The translations under genes and the position numbers were made by a program. A DNA stretch of 64,000 nucleotides from Fimbriimonadales bacterium (GTDB lineage Bacteria > Armatimonadota > Fimbriimonadia > Fimbriimonadales > ATM1): assembly GCA_051003155.1 (NCBI GenBank), contig JBPCLO010000031.1, positions 132,439-196,438 on the forward strand, given 5' to 3'. The notes below the pieces were generated by a model. It saw only the letters and a list, made by a program, of their open reading frames with translations, was not told the DNA's origin and did not search any database. Positions 18,867 to 29,108 of this stretch are shown here, one piece after another (the first letter of the stretch is position 1; each line of letters opens with the position of its first letter).

Positions 18867-20528
18867 ATGAATAAAATTGTCCCCGCTACCGCCGTCCTGT
18901 GTGCGCTCGTAAGCCAAGTTTCGGCTGCCGATATCAAGATCAATTCCTCGGTAAAGGACGGCGACAAGATCGCCGGTGCCGTCGAGCTGCGCGCCACCGT
19001 CATCTCCGATGCGACCGTCAACCAGGTCGAGTTTTACGTCAACGGCGAGCTCCGCTCGACAGACACGAGCACTCCCTACACTTTCCAGTTAGACACGATC
19101 CCGGAAAAGGAAGGGCCGATCAGCGTCGAGCTGGGCGCGTACACCGCCACCGGCGACAGCAAGAAGCTGAAGCTGACTCTGGTCGTGGACAACGGGATCG
19201 ACAAAGGCGCGAAGTTCCACATCGACAGCGCTAACAAATTTCTGAATGTGTCGAAGTTCGATGAGGCGCTGCAGGCTGGCCGCGTGGCGCTGAAGGCCGA
19301 TGAGAACTCGGCGGACGCCAAGATCGCGATGGCGCGCGCGTACCTGGGCAAGTATGAATACGATAAGGCTCAGCAGTGGGCTGAAGACGCCCTGATCACG
19401 CAGGAAACGGAGGCGGCCACCGAACTCCTCGCCGGAATCCATGCCGATCGAGCATTTCGAATTATTTCGTCGAGCGGCGAGCGTGGCGATGCCCTCAAAA
19501 ACATCACGACCGCCTTTCAAGCCGCCGTCGCCCAGCGCAAACGCACGGTCGAGCTGCGGCTCAAGGCGATGGGAGCGGTGACCGACGCGAACCGCCTGGC
19601 CGTAGTAGATCTCTTGATGCAAAAGCACGACTACTCGGCCGCCCGTCGCCACCTCTTGGAAAAGTGGGATGAAGGCACGCCCAATGTCGACATTGGAAAC
19701 CGGCTCGTCTATGCGGCGATGCGCTCGGGCAGAATGGCCGAGGCCAAGAGGCTCCTCGAACTCATGAAGAAGAAGAACGTGCAGGACGCGACGACTCACG
19801 CGCTCGCGGCTGCCGGCCATGCTTACTATAGAAGGTGGGACGATGCGTCGACCGCGATCAAGGACGGCGGTTTCGATGACGCGGAGTCCCCCGCTCTGAT
19901 CTCCGCTTCCGCGTACCTCGCACTCCTGAAGGGCGACAAGGCGGCCGCTTCGAGCCAGGTCGCAAGAATGCTGAGCAAGGGCATGAACTCGGCTCCGGTC
20001 TACTACTTCCTCAAGACCCTGACCTATTTCACCGGCCAATACTCCGAATCGCGGGATTACTTCCGCAAGACGGTCTTGGCCGACCCGCTGCTTTACGACG
20101 TGTATATCGAGCGGGGCTATGAAGCGCTCGCGGTCGTCACGAATCCCCAGGCGGGCCTGGACAAGGACAAGACGATCCTTCTCGATCAGGCCAGGTCGTT
20201 CTTCGAGATCGCCCTATCGATCAAGGCCGACGCGCCGGACGCGCTGAACGGGCTCGCACTGGTGACGCTTTACCAGAAAAAGCCGGACGAGGCTCTCAAG
20301 TACGCGCAGGGCGCAGTCGGGGCTGGACCAGAGTATCCGTGGACCCACTTCACCCTTGCCGCGGTTCAGAACGCCAAGGGCGACTACCGTTCGGCTGTGA
20401 AGTCGGTGGACAAGGGCGGCGAGCTCGACCGAGTGGTGCTGCAAGGGCGCGGAGTCCCGTCTGCCGACGAGGCGTGGCTTTACACCTATCGGTATGCCCG
20501 GGTGCCGGTAATCATCCCGCCGAAGTAG
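18867..20528 (+). CDS. Secreted Ig-like domain plus TPR-repeat protein
   Basis: Signal peptide; VEFYVNGELRSTDTSTPYTF Ig-like motif; helical TPR-like repeats. Confidence 0.8.
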   Translation: MNKIVPATAVLCALVSQVSAADIKINSSVKDGDKIAGAVELRATVISDATVNQVEFYVNGELRSTDTSTPYTFQLDTIPEKEGPISVELGAYTATGDSKKLKLTLVVDNGIDKGAKFHIDSANKFLNVSKFDEALQAGRVALKADENSADAKIAMARAYLGKYEYDKAQQWAEDALITQETEAATELLAGIHADRAFRIISSSGERGDALKNITTAFQAAVAQRKRTVELRLKAMGAVTDANRLAVVDLLMQKHDYSAARRHLLEKWDEGTPNVDIGNRLVYAAMRSGRMAEAKRLLELMKKKNVQDATTHALAAAGHAYYRRWDDASTAIKDGGFDDAESPALISASAYLALLKGDKAAASSQVARMLSKGMNSAPVYYFLKTLTYFTGQYSESRDYFRKTVLADPLLYDVYIERGYEALAVVTNPQAGLDKDKTILLDQARSFFEIALSIKADAPDALNGLALVTLYQKKPDEALKYAQGAVGAGPEYPWTHFTLAAVQNAKGDYRSAVKSVDKGGELDRVVLQGRGVPSADEAWLYTYRYARVPVIIPPK

Positions 20529-20600
20529 ATCGGCCACCGAGGAAGACGGTCGAATCGTCGCGAGGTTCAAAGACCGTTGCCGAAAAATCGGGAAGACGTT

Positions 20601-20683
20601 ATGGATAAGCTCGCGAACGTTCGTGGACCCGAAGCTGTCAGACGATTATCCTCAGCACCCAAGCTTGTCCGTGGGCACCACGA
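20601..20683. repeat. REP-like imperfect hairpin related to those flanking the RAYT remnant
   Basis: ATGGATAAGCT...AGCTTGTCCGT inverted arms ending GTGGGCACCACG, between convergent genes. Confidence 0.4.
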
Positions 20684-20737
20684 AGAATCATGCCACCCGC
20701 CGTGGACGGCGAGGGTGAAACGCCAAAGCAAGCCGAG

Positions 20738-21412
20738 CTAGTCGCGTCTGCGCTTGCGGTAAGCAAGCAATCCGAGGCCGGCGAGCGTTGCTAGGAGCGT
20801 CGCGGGTTCGGGGATATTGTCGTTGCCAAACCCAAGGGAAAAGTCCCACGTGCCCTTCCCGAGCCATTTGGAGGTGGGATCGAAGGTCGCGCCGAGGGAT
20901 TCGCTGTCGTAAAACGAGTTTCCGTCGCCGATCGGAGAGCCGATGCTGTTTGCTCCAGAGGTTGTGGACAGGTAAAAATGGCCCGTTCCGTCGCCCACCG
21001 GAGCGACCGCGAGCCAATGATGTCCCGGCTTAAGGTCTATGTGTGTTATGTCCCCGCGCACTTCCCATTCCAACAGTCCAAATCCGCCCCTGCCCGTGAG
21101 CACGGTGGTCGAGGCCACCGTTCCCGAGTACAAGAGCTCGCCTCCGTTCCCTGGCCCAACGTTCTGGCGGAACTCGTAATAGAGTTGAGTCGGAAGCGGA
21201 CCATCGACCAGGAAGTTGCCGAACAGCCAATCGACGTCGAATCCCGTACCCGTGACAAGGAAGTTATCGTAAACGCGGGCATCCTCGATGGCCGTGTTCT
21301 TGCCCGATTCGAGGAAACCCCTGCCGTCGAAGTCTCCGCCGTACCATAAGGGTGTCTGAGTAAACGCACGCGGAGTGATTGCAATTAGCAAGATGACTAA
21401 AGGGACTTTCAT
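20738..21412 (-). CDS. Secreted PEP-CTERM protein
   Basis: Signal peptide; IPEPATLLATLAGLGLLAYRKRRRD. Confidence 0.85.
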   Translation of the reverse strand: MKVPLVILLIAITPRAFTQTPLWYGGDFDGRGFLESGKNTAIEDARVYDNFLVTGTGFDVDWLFGNFLVDGPLPTQLYYEFRQNVGPGNGGELLYSGTVASTTVLTGRGGFGLLEWEVRGDITHIDLKPGHHWLAVAPVGDGTGHFYLSTTSGANSIGSPIGDGNSFYDSESLGATFDPTSKWLGKGTWDFSLGFGNDNIPEPATLLATLAGLGLLAYRKRRRD

Positions 21413-21443
21413 TCTCTTCTCCTATGAGGGTTAATTGTAGGTC

Positions 21444-22630
21444 TCAATTTCTCGTGATGGTCCACGTGGCCTGGTTGATCTCGACTTTCCATGTGTTAGC
21501 TGTCGCGTCGATCTCGTACCAGCCGACCCGTGCTTTGACCTCCTCTGTGAGCGGCTTAACGAAGCGCTTGTCGTTCGTTCCGGGCGCCTCGACGGTTACG
21601 GTCGTGTCGGTTGCAGAAGGAGTCGTGGTTGAAACCCACACCCAAGCGCCCGCCCCGGCGTTCGCTTCCCAATCCCACAATTCGATCCTCTGCTCCAGAT
21701 GCGCTACCGGAATTGCGTCGGTGCGGCTTTGGATGATGAATGTCAGATTTGCGACGTCGTCTTTGAGGTGTGGCGCGTAGCCTATGAATTCGATCTGAAC
21801 GCTGGGTCCGCCCAAGCTAACGGGTGGCCGCGACTCGACGGAGGCCCGGTCGGAATCGGAGTAATAGACGTTCTGCGGATTAATAAAGCTTGCGTAGCCT
21901 TGGGTAACCGAATAGGCATGGCATAGCGTGAACCCGGTGCTGAAACCTAGAATCCAAAGCTGGGCCGTGCTCACGCGAGCGGCGATTGAATGATCGCCAC
22001 TCCCGAATGGATAATTCGAGTTACCTGTCGGAACACCAACTAACGTTATCGTGTCGGCGAACGTGGCGAAGATCCCGCCTCCCGAATCTCCCGGAGCAAC
22101 AATTGAATAAAGCGGGTACTGCCCGCCATCGAAAGGCAACTCCATTACCTGCTGGCCTACAGTGCCGATAACGGCATCCCCTTTGCGTCGCGTTCCATAG
22201 CTTCCGGGAGCCGTATACCATTTACCGTTCACGTTATAAAACCCGCTGAGCCCATAGCCGACCATTGTCGTCAGCATATTGGCCTCTGAGTTCCCTGTAT
22301 ATATGGAATAGAATTCGCCTGCGGGAAACGCCTGATCTACTTCTATAACTGCAAGATCGAATCCGCCTGTCAAAGTCGGCCACCTGCGTACGTTCACCGA
22401 AGTGTATTCCCCGGTGCCGATCATGGCTTGAAAGTTCGAATCGCCGCCTGTGCCGACGCCTACGTTGTGCCGTGCTGTCAATATGTATCGGCTGCCAATT
22501 GCTACACAACTGGTGTCGTAATCGCCGCTAACGGGGCCAAACTTGCGACGTATGAATAGCCCGTGGTCACCACTCCAGGAACGATTGGCTGGGGGAGCGC
22601 GAGGGCTAAGAGGGAAAGTGTAGCAAGCAT
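21444..22630 (-). pseudogene. Secreted trypsin-like serine protease with lineage-specific C-terminal module; frameshift near 22545
   Basis: MLATLSLLALALPQP-IVPG from ATG 22630 is out of frame with ILTARH, FDLAVI, GDSGG catalytic triad. Confidence 0.75.
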
Positions 22631-22720
22631 CTCAAAAGTCAGTATGGCACGCTGGCCCAAGACAATGCCCCAATGCCGATGCTCGATGAAGCGGTCGCAC
22701 TGGGCGGGCTGCTGCGGGTT

Positions 22721-22910
22721 TGAAGAAGAGCTTCACGCTTTGGTTATGGAGCTCTTCTTCACAGTTATAGAGCTCGTCTTCAAGGGCGCAAGGCCCTTCT
22801 TCAAGATTATGGACCTCTTCTTCATGGTTATGGACCTCGTCTTCGATCCCGTGACGCGAGTCTTCAAGGTTATGGAGCGTGTCTTCGATGGCGCGGGCAG
22901 CTTCGTCGAT
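22721..22910. repeat. Eight degenerate 21-bp tandem repeats (consensus about GTTATGGAsCTCkTCTTCAAG) preceded by a 12-bp inverted copy
   Basis: Units start at 22743, 22764, 22785, 22806, 22827, 22848, 22869, 22890 with TCTTC in fixed phase (eighth unit TCGTC); TGAAGAAGAGCT 22721-22732 pairs with AGCTCTTCTTCA 22750-22761. Confidence 0.9.
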
Positions 22911-22957
22911 TCCGGGTGCTATGCTGATGATTTCGCGCCCCTTCAGGAGGGAGACAC

Positions 22958-23917
22958 ATGCCTTTTAGCGGACCCAGCAGCTATCTTGAGACCATCGACG
23001 AGTTCATCGGACATTGGACCGATGTAAACCTTGCCTTGGGCATCAATCCATTAGTCCTGCCCGGGCCGTACAATTTCGCCAGCCTGCAAGCCGACCGAAC
23101 GTCGCTATCTAACGAGATAACGGCGCTGATCACGGCCATCAACGATGTCGAGGGCCACCGCACGGATCGCGATAACCGGAAAGAAGCCATCCGCGAGAGG
23201 ATGCGACAACTGGGCGCTTTCATCCGAGGCGTGCTCGCGGGCTCTTCTTATGTGGGCCGCGTTCCCGATCTGATCGACGCGACCTCCAACCCGGGCAAGT
23301 GGCTGATCGCGATGCGGGACCACAAGGACATCTGGACCGACATCAATGCCGCGCCGCCACCGGGCTTCGCAGGCCCGGTGATTCTCACCGGGGGATACAC
23401 GCTCGCGCTTTTCACGACCCGACACCGGGAACCTCGAAACGACCTTCCAGAGCCTGACCCGGGGGGAGCAGGACGTGGACCGCGAGGTGCAGGAGCGCGA
23501 CGCGCTTTACCAGACGATCCGCGGGCAGCTCGTGCTCTACCGGGAGGCCGTGCCGGGGCGATTCCCTTCCGACCATCCGCTCGTCCTCTCGCTTCCGCAC
23601 CTGACCCCGCTTCCGGGGCACACGCCCGACCCGGTCGTGCTTTCTGGGGTTTGGAACGTCGGCACGTCGATGGCGGATTTGTCGTGGACGGCGTCCGTCG
23701 ATCCCGATCTGGAGGAGTACGAAGTTCGCCGTTCGGGCGAGACGCCCTACAACGGCAACACGGAGATCGTGGTCGAATCGCTCCCGCCTGGCACGCTCGC
23801 GCTCTCGACGAACGAGGGCCTCGGCGTCCCCGGCTCGACGATGGGCTTCAGGTGTACGTGAAGCTGACAACCGGGAACGAGGCGGGCAGCAACGCCGTCA
23901 CGATCTCGCGGCCTTAG
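22958..23917 (+). CDS. Helical-domain plus C-terminal FN3-like protein with compensating +1 (~23420) and -1 (~23850) frameshifts
   Basis: RBS CAGGAGGGA; N-terminus in frame 22958, middle in frame 23475 (ADLSWTASVDPDLEEYEVRRS), end KVYVKLTTGNEAGSNAVTISRP back in the first frame. Confidence 0.7.
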   Translation: MPFSGPSSYLETIDEFIGHWTDVNLALGINPLVLPGPYNFASLQADRTSLSNEITALITAINDVEGHRTDRDNRKEAIRERMRQLGAFIRGVLAGSSYVGRVPDLIDATSNPGKWLIAMRDHKDIWTDINAAPPPGFAGPVILTGGYTLALFTTRHREPRNDLPEPDPGGAGRGPRGAGARRALPDDPRAARALPGGRAGAIPFRPSARPLASAPDPASGAHARPGRAFWGLERRHVDGGFVVDGVRRSRSGGVRSSPFGRDALQRQHGDRGRIAPAWHARALDERGPRRPRLDDGLQVYVKLTTGNEAGSNAVTISRP

Positions 23918-23951
23918 CTACGGCGGGCGGGTGCCGGTGCTAAAGGTATAG

Positions 23952-24431
23952 CTAGGTCCACTCTTCTGGATTGTCGCCTCGCATCCAGAGATAAACGATG
24001 AGCTGGCCGGTGTGGTACCACTCGTGCGCCGAGGCGTTGCGCAGCATCTCGCTTCTGGGACATTCCGGCAGGCGCAGGGCTTCCCACCAAGGCTCGGGAA
24101 GGGACTCCAGTTCTTCGAGCTGCGCGTCGTCGATCGACTCCAGATACGCGAGCGTGTCGGCGCGGGTCGACTCCAGCCCCGCCTTCATCTCCTCCAGAGT
24201 GGCCGTTTCTGCGCTGAACGGATCGGGCTCGTCGTCGGGCCACTCGCCGTTGTGGAGCCAGCCGACGATCTCGCGGTCCTTGTTCGCGATCTCCAGGAGC
24301 AGGCCGCCAACAGTCTTCATACTCCCCGCGGGCGCCCACTGCAGGTCCGCATCGGTGAGGTGCGCCAGGACCTGATTCAGGTCTTGCCGCGTCATTGCCA
24401 GCCGAGCAATTATGAATTCGCGAGAAGCCAT
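23952..24431 (-). CDS. DinB family protein
   Basis: LQWAPAGSMKTVG, HEWYHTGQL. Confidence 0.85.
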   Translation of the reverse strand: MASREFIIARLAMTRQDLNQVLAHLTDADLQWAPAGSMKTVGGLLLEIANKDREIVGWLHNGEWPDDEPDPFSAETATLEEMKAGLESTRADTLAYLESIDDAQLEELESLPEPWWEALRLPECPRSEMLRNASAHEWYHTGQLIVYLWMRGDNPEEWT

Positions 24432-24564
24432 GAAATCAGTTTGGCATGGCACCAAGCAGCAACGGGATAGGACCTCTACTGAGGCGTCATCATGTCACAT
24501 TTCCTGGGTCGTACGTGTCGTGATGACGACATTCGGTTGAAACGCGCTCGGAAAGAAGACGAAC

Positions 24565-25056
24565 TTACTGCCCGCCGTGCTCTTCCAGCTCTGCGACGAT
24601 CATTTCGGCATGGAACGGGTCGGGGTCACTCTTCAGCAGCGATTCGTACTTGCGCATCGTCGCCTCCTCCTCCACTTGCTCCTCGATGAACCATTGCAAG
24701 AACTGGAACGACGTGAAATCCTTCTCGTCGAGCGCCATTTGCGCCATCGCCTGGAACTGCTTGGTCACCTGCTGCTCGTTTTTGAGCGCGGACTGAATAA
24801 CCGCCATGGCGGAGGCGTAAGTAATCGGCGCCTCGGCGACCGCGGGGATTGTGAAGGCGGCGTCCACATCGACGAGAAATTGGATGATCTTCATCGCGTG
24901 GCCCCGCTCCTCGACCGACTGCTTGTGGAAAATGTCGGCCCATTTCTCGAGGTCCTGCAGGCCAAAGTACGCGGCCATCCCCAGGTATATCTGGCTGGCG
25001 CCGAGTTCGTGGCCGACCTGCTCCTTTAGAGCTTTTGCGAGCTTCTTGCTGATCAT
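24565..25056 (-). CDS. ftnA: Non-heme ferritin
   Basis: EERGHAMK, FLQWFIEEQVEEE ferroxidase motifs. Confidence 0.93.
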   Translation of the reverse strand: MISKKLAKALKEQVGHELGASQIYLGMAAYFGLQDLEKWADIFHKQSVEERGHAMKIIQFLVDVDAAFTIPAVAEAPITYASAMAVIQSALKNEQQVTKQFQAMAQMALDEKDFTSFQFLQWFIEEQVEEEATMRKYESLLKSDPDPFHAEMIVAELEEHGGQ

Positions 25057-25124
25057 GCCTTCATCTTACTCCGTTGGCGGGCGCTTTGGAATCGCCGGGG
25101 TCCGGACACCGTATTATATGGATT

Positions 25125-25817
25125 GTGAAAGGGATACTTGCACTCGCCATTGCCTTGTTACGGCATCGCGATCTCGGACTTTACCGAGACGTACGACAAC
25201 GGAAGCAACGTCGGCGGTTGGAGCTTCGGCCCGCTCGGTACGATCCTCCCCGATGGCGGAAACCCGTCTTGATACCACCACATCGACGGACTGGACACGG
25301 CCGCGCCTTGGGGACGAACTGAGTTTGGAGCCGACTCGGTCTTTACGGGCGATTATCGTGCGGCAGGCGTTCTTGGAGTTTCCGTGGATTTCAAACTGTT
25401 CCACGTCGACTTCTCAGCCGAGGAGAGGCCGCTCACCTTGACGCTATTTGAAGTTAACGGTCCCCCGATAACTTCAGCGACGTTTGGACGGCCCACTACA
25501 AACATTCGGAGAACGTGCCGCTCCTGGGGGAGGGATGGAAGTCGCTTTCCTTCAACATCGATTCCTCGTCGAATACGCTTCCGACCGGCTGGCTGACCAT
25601 CGCCCTGGGCCCTAATTCGCCGCAAAACCCAGACTGGAACGACGTGATCACCGATGTGGATCAACTCGGCTACTCCAGGGGCGACCCCGAGTTCTTCTTC
25701 ATCTTCCAAATGTGGGAGATCGGGATGGACAACAACGGCATCCAGATGGTACCGGAACCGCTGCCGGCTATCGGGCTCGGCTTGGGAATTGCGCTTCTGA
25801 TTCGCCGTCGGCGCTAA
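25125..25817 (+). pseudogene. PEP-CTERM protein disrupted by frameshifts (~25165, ~25465) and in-frame TGA (25270-25272)
   Basis: Signal MKGILALAIAL; body DFTETYDNGSNVGGWSFG...DGGNPS*YHHID; end [22 protein letters not shown]. Confidence 0.75.
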
Positions 25818-27682
25818 GCGCGGCGGACGTGGCCCACGAGCAGAGCGACATCCGTGGGGCGAACGCCGGGGATTCGCGATGCCTGGCCGATCGTTTCGGG
25901 TCTGACGCGGCTGAACTTTTCTTTGGACTCATAGCTTAGGCCCTTGATTCCTTCGAAATCGAATCCTGCTGGGATGGCGAGCTTATCGAGGCGCGAGAGT
26001 TTGTCCACTTGCTCTTGTTGGCGCGAGAGGTAGCCGCCGTACTTGGCGCGGATTTCCACTTGCTCGCGGGCCTCGCCGGCTGTAGCGGGTTCAGCTCTGT
26101 CGCCGAGATAGAGGGCGATTTCTTCGGCTAGCCGGAGGTCGACGTCCGGCCGCTTCATCAGATCGAGAAGCGAAGTCCTTGTCTTGACGGGCGCGGTACC
26201 GAGGCCGATCAGCTTCTCGTTATGTGACTCGTTGACGGCGATGCCCGTGAGGCGCGATTCGATCGATTCGATTTGCTCCGCCTTGGCTCGGTAACGACAC
26301 CACCGCTCGTCGCTAACCAAGCCGATATCTCGGCCCAGGGGCGTGAGCCGAGCATCCGCGTTGTCGTTTCGTAGAAGGAGGCGGTATTCGCTCCGGGCGG
26401 TGAGCATGCGGTAGGGGTCGTCGACGCCTTTGGTCACCAAGTCGTCGATCATGACGCCGAGGAACGCCTGGTCTCGGCCGATCACCAAGTCGGGTTCTCC
26501 TTGCGCACGCCGAGCCGCATTGATGCCTGCGACGATTCCTTGCGCGGCGGCTTCCTCGTAGCCGCTCGTTCCATTGACTTGACCGGCGAGGAACAGCCCT
26601 TCGCAGAGATTGCTCTCTAGTGTCAGCTTCAGCTGGATCGGATCGGCCATGTCGTACTCGACGGCATATCCAGGGCGCAACATCTCGACGTTCTCGAGAC
26701 CCTTCATCGTCTTTAGAAAGGCCAACTGAACATCGGCGGGAAGGCTCGTGCTCGTGCCCTGGACATACACCGAATCGCTGTCCCACTCTTCGATTTCGAG
26801 GAAAACTGGATGGGAGTCCTTGTCCTTGAAGCGTATAACTTTATCCTCGATACTTGGACAATATCGGGGTCCTACGCCTTCGATTTGTTTGCCGTAGACT
26901 GCGCTTAGGTGGATGTTGTCGCCGATGACCTGGTGCGTCTTCTCGTTTGTGCGCGTTTCGTAGCAATCGAACATGACGCGCTTAGGCATGACCCGGTCGT
27001 GCAGGAAGCTGAAGGGACCTGCCCGTGGTTCGCACTTTTGAATCGAAACGCGATTGAGATCGATGCTCGACATGCTGATGCGCGGGGTTGTGCCGGTCTT
27101 GAATCGTCGCATTCGGACGCCTACGGTCTGCAAGAATGCGCTGAGCCCCGCTACGGCTGGATCGCCATGGCGGGCGGACATGGTCTTTTGCAAACCCTGG
27201 TGGCACATTCCGTTGAGGAAGGTTCCGGTGGTCATCACGACCGCCTTGGCGCCGATTTCCGAGCCGTTGGCGAGGCGCACACCCACGACGCGGCCGCCTT
27301 CCGTTAGGACAGTCTCGACCGAAGCCTCGATGAGCGCGAGTCCTTGCTGATCGCGCAGAGTCGCTTGCATGACTTTCGGATAAAGCGATTTACAGGCATG
27401 GGCTCGGAACGTTTGGACCGCAGGCCCTTTGCCGGTGCCGACTACTCGGATGTGCGTGAGCGCGTGGTCGGTAGTGACCGCCATCTGTCCCCCCAGTGCG
27501 TCCACTTCCCTGGCGAGGTGGCCCTTGGCTGGGCCGCCGATGCTGCAGTTGCACGGCATGTGGCCGATACGATCGAGGTTGAGCGTTATGCAGGCCGTTT
27601 CAACGCCCATGCGCGCGCAAGCGAGGGCCGATTCGATACCGGCGTGCCCCGCTCCGATCACGATTACATCGAAGGTATGCAC
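25814..27682 (-). CDS. mnmG: tRNA uridine-5-carboxymethylaminomethyl modification enzyme MnmG
   Basis: [45 protein letters not shown]. Confidence 0.97.
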   Translation of the reverse strand: MHTFDVIVIGAGHAGIESALACARMGVETACITLNLDRIGHMPCNCSIGGPAKGHLAREVDALGGQMAVTTDHALTHIRVVGTGKGPAVQTFRAHACKSLYPKVMQATLRDQQGLALIEASVETVLTEGGRVVGVRLANGSEIGAKAVVMTTGTFLNGMCHQGLQKTMSARHGDPAVAGLSAFLQTVGVRMRRFKTGTTPRISMSSIDLNRVSIQKCEPRAGPFSFLHDRVMPKRVMFDCYETRTNEKTHQVIGDNIHLSAVYGKQIEGVGPRYCPSIEDKVIRFKDKDSHPVFLEIEEWDSDSVYVQGTSTSLPADVQLAFLKTMKGLENVEMLRPGYAVEYDMADPIQLKLTLESNLCEGLFLAGQVNGTSGYEEAAAQGIVAGINAARRAQGEPDLVIGRDQAFLGVMIDDLVTKGVDDPYRMLTARSEYRLLLRNDNADARLTPLGRDIGLVSDERWCRYRAKAEQIESIESRLTGIAVNESHNEKLIGLGTAPVKTRTSLLDLMKRPDVDLRLAEEIALYLGDRAEPATAGEAREQVEIRAKYGGYLSRQQEQVDKLSRLDKLAIPAGFDFEGIKGLSYESKEKFSRVRPETIGQASRIPGVRPTDVALLVGHVRRA

Positions 27683-27719
27683 TCGGGCCCAAGTTTACCG
27701 ACAGGCTACAATTTGGCGG

Positions 27720-29108
27720 ATGGATTACCGGCGCACCTATCTTCAGAACCTTTTAACTGCGCGTCCAGGAACTCAGACGAGCGCTTTCGGGTGGGTGAAA
27801 ACGCGGCGTGACAGCAAAGGCGTGCATTTTGTGCAGCTTAGCGATGGTTCGACCTTCGCGGACTTGCAGGTGGTGATCGAAGTCGGAGCCCTGCCTGAAG
27901 ACGTTCTAAAGCAAGTCACAACAGGCGCCTGCGTACGGTTCGACGGGACCATCGTGGAGTCGCCGGCCGTGGGACAGACGGTGGAGTTGAAAGCAACGGA
28001 CTGCGAGGTGTTCGGGCCGGCCGATCCAGCGGAATATCCGATGCAGAAAAAAGGCGCCTCGTTTGAGTTTCTGAGGGACATTGCGCATTTCAGGACTCGC
28101 GGAAACACGTTCGGCGCTGTTTTTCGTGTTCGCAACGCTCTTTCATATGCAATCCATAAGTTCTTCCAAGACCGGGGATTTATTTGGGTGCATACGCCGA
28201 TTATTACGGCGAGCGACGCGGAGGGCGCGGGCGCGATGTTCGGCGTTACCGCGCTCGACCTAATGAATCTGCCGCGCTCCGAAGGCAACATCGATTATTC
28301 GCAAGATTTTTTCGGGAGGCCTGCGTTCCTTACTGTATCGGGACAATTGGAAGCCGAAATATTCGCACTTTCATTCACAAACTGCTACACATTCGGCCCG
28401 ACTTTCCGGGCGGAAAATAGCAACACCCCGCGACACTTGGCCGAGTTTTGGATGATCGAGCCGGAGATGGCTTTTTGCGACATTGTCGGCAATATGAACC
28501 TCGCGGAAGAGTGCCTCAAGTACGTTATCCAGTACGTGCTGGATAACTGCAAGGCCGATCTGGAATTCTTCAACCAGCGGATCGAGCCGACGGTCCTGGA
28601 AACGCTCGATCATGTGGTCGCAAGTGGTTTTGAACGAATTACGTATACGGAAGCGATTTCGTATCTCGACGAGAGCGGCGAGGATTTCGAGTTTCCTATT
28701 TTCTGGGGTGCGGACTTGCAGAGCGAGCACGAGCGCTATTTAACCGAAAGGAAAATCGGGCGGCCGGTCATTGTCACGGATTATCCAAAAGAAATAAAAG
28801 CCTTTTACATGCGCTTAAACGACGACGATAAAACGGTGCGCGCAATGGATGTCCTGGCGCCGCGAATCGGCGAGATTATCGGCGGCTCGCAGCGCGAGGA
28901 GCGTTTCGATGTGCTTTTGCAGAAAATTCGAGACAACCACCTCCCGGAGGATGCCTACTGGTGGTATCTCGATTTGCGCAAGTACGGCTCGGCGCCCCAC
29001 GCCGGTTTCGGCCTCGGGCTCGAGCGCCTCGTTATGTACGTCACGGGCATGAAGAACATACGCGATGTGATCCCATTCCACCGGACGCCGGGTAGCGCGG
29101 CCTTTTAG
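27720..29108 (+). CDS. asnS: Asparagine--tRNA ligase
   Basis: [47 protein letters not shown]. Confidence 0.97.
   Translation: MDYRRTYLQNLLTARPGTQTSAFGWVKTRRDSKGVHFVQLSDGSTFADLQVVIEVGALPEDVLKQVTTGACVRFDGTIVESPAVGQTVELKATDCEVFGPADPAEYPMQKKGASFEFLRDIAHFRTRGNTFGAVFRVRNALSYAIHKFFQDRGFIWVHTPIITASDAEGAGAMFGVTALDLMNLPRSEGNIDYSQDFFGRPAFLTVSGQLEAEIFALSFTNCYTFGPTFRAENSNTPRHLAEFWMIEPEMAFCDIVGNMNLAEECLKYVIQYVLDNCKADLEFFNQRIEPTVLETLDHVVASGFERITYTEAISYLDESGEDFEFPIFWGADLQSEHERYLTERKIGRPVIVTDYPKEIKAFYMRLNDDDKTVRAMDVLAPRIGEIIGGSQREERFDVLLQKIRDNHLPEDAYWWYLDLRKYGSAPHAGFGLGLERLVMYVTGMKNIRDVIPFHRTPGSAAF

Noticed and set aside
22743..22910. CRISPR array
   Set aside because: Units are contiguous 21-mers with no unique spacers, and no cas genes are in the window.
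22563..23027. 154-aa plus-strand ORF through the repeat array as a real gene
   Set aside because: It overlaps the protease start on the opposite strand and the 22958 gene, has no RBS, and stays open mainly because of the repeat.
17734..25272. Alternative genetic code (TGA as Trp/Gly)
   Set aside because: TGA is the normal stop for P-II, galK, hppD and others, and long conserved genes contain no internal TGA.
27429..27719. N-terminal extension of AsnRS
   Set aside because: It overlaps mnmG antisense; ATG 27720 with an upstream -10 box fits better.
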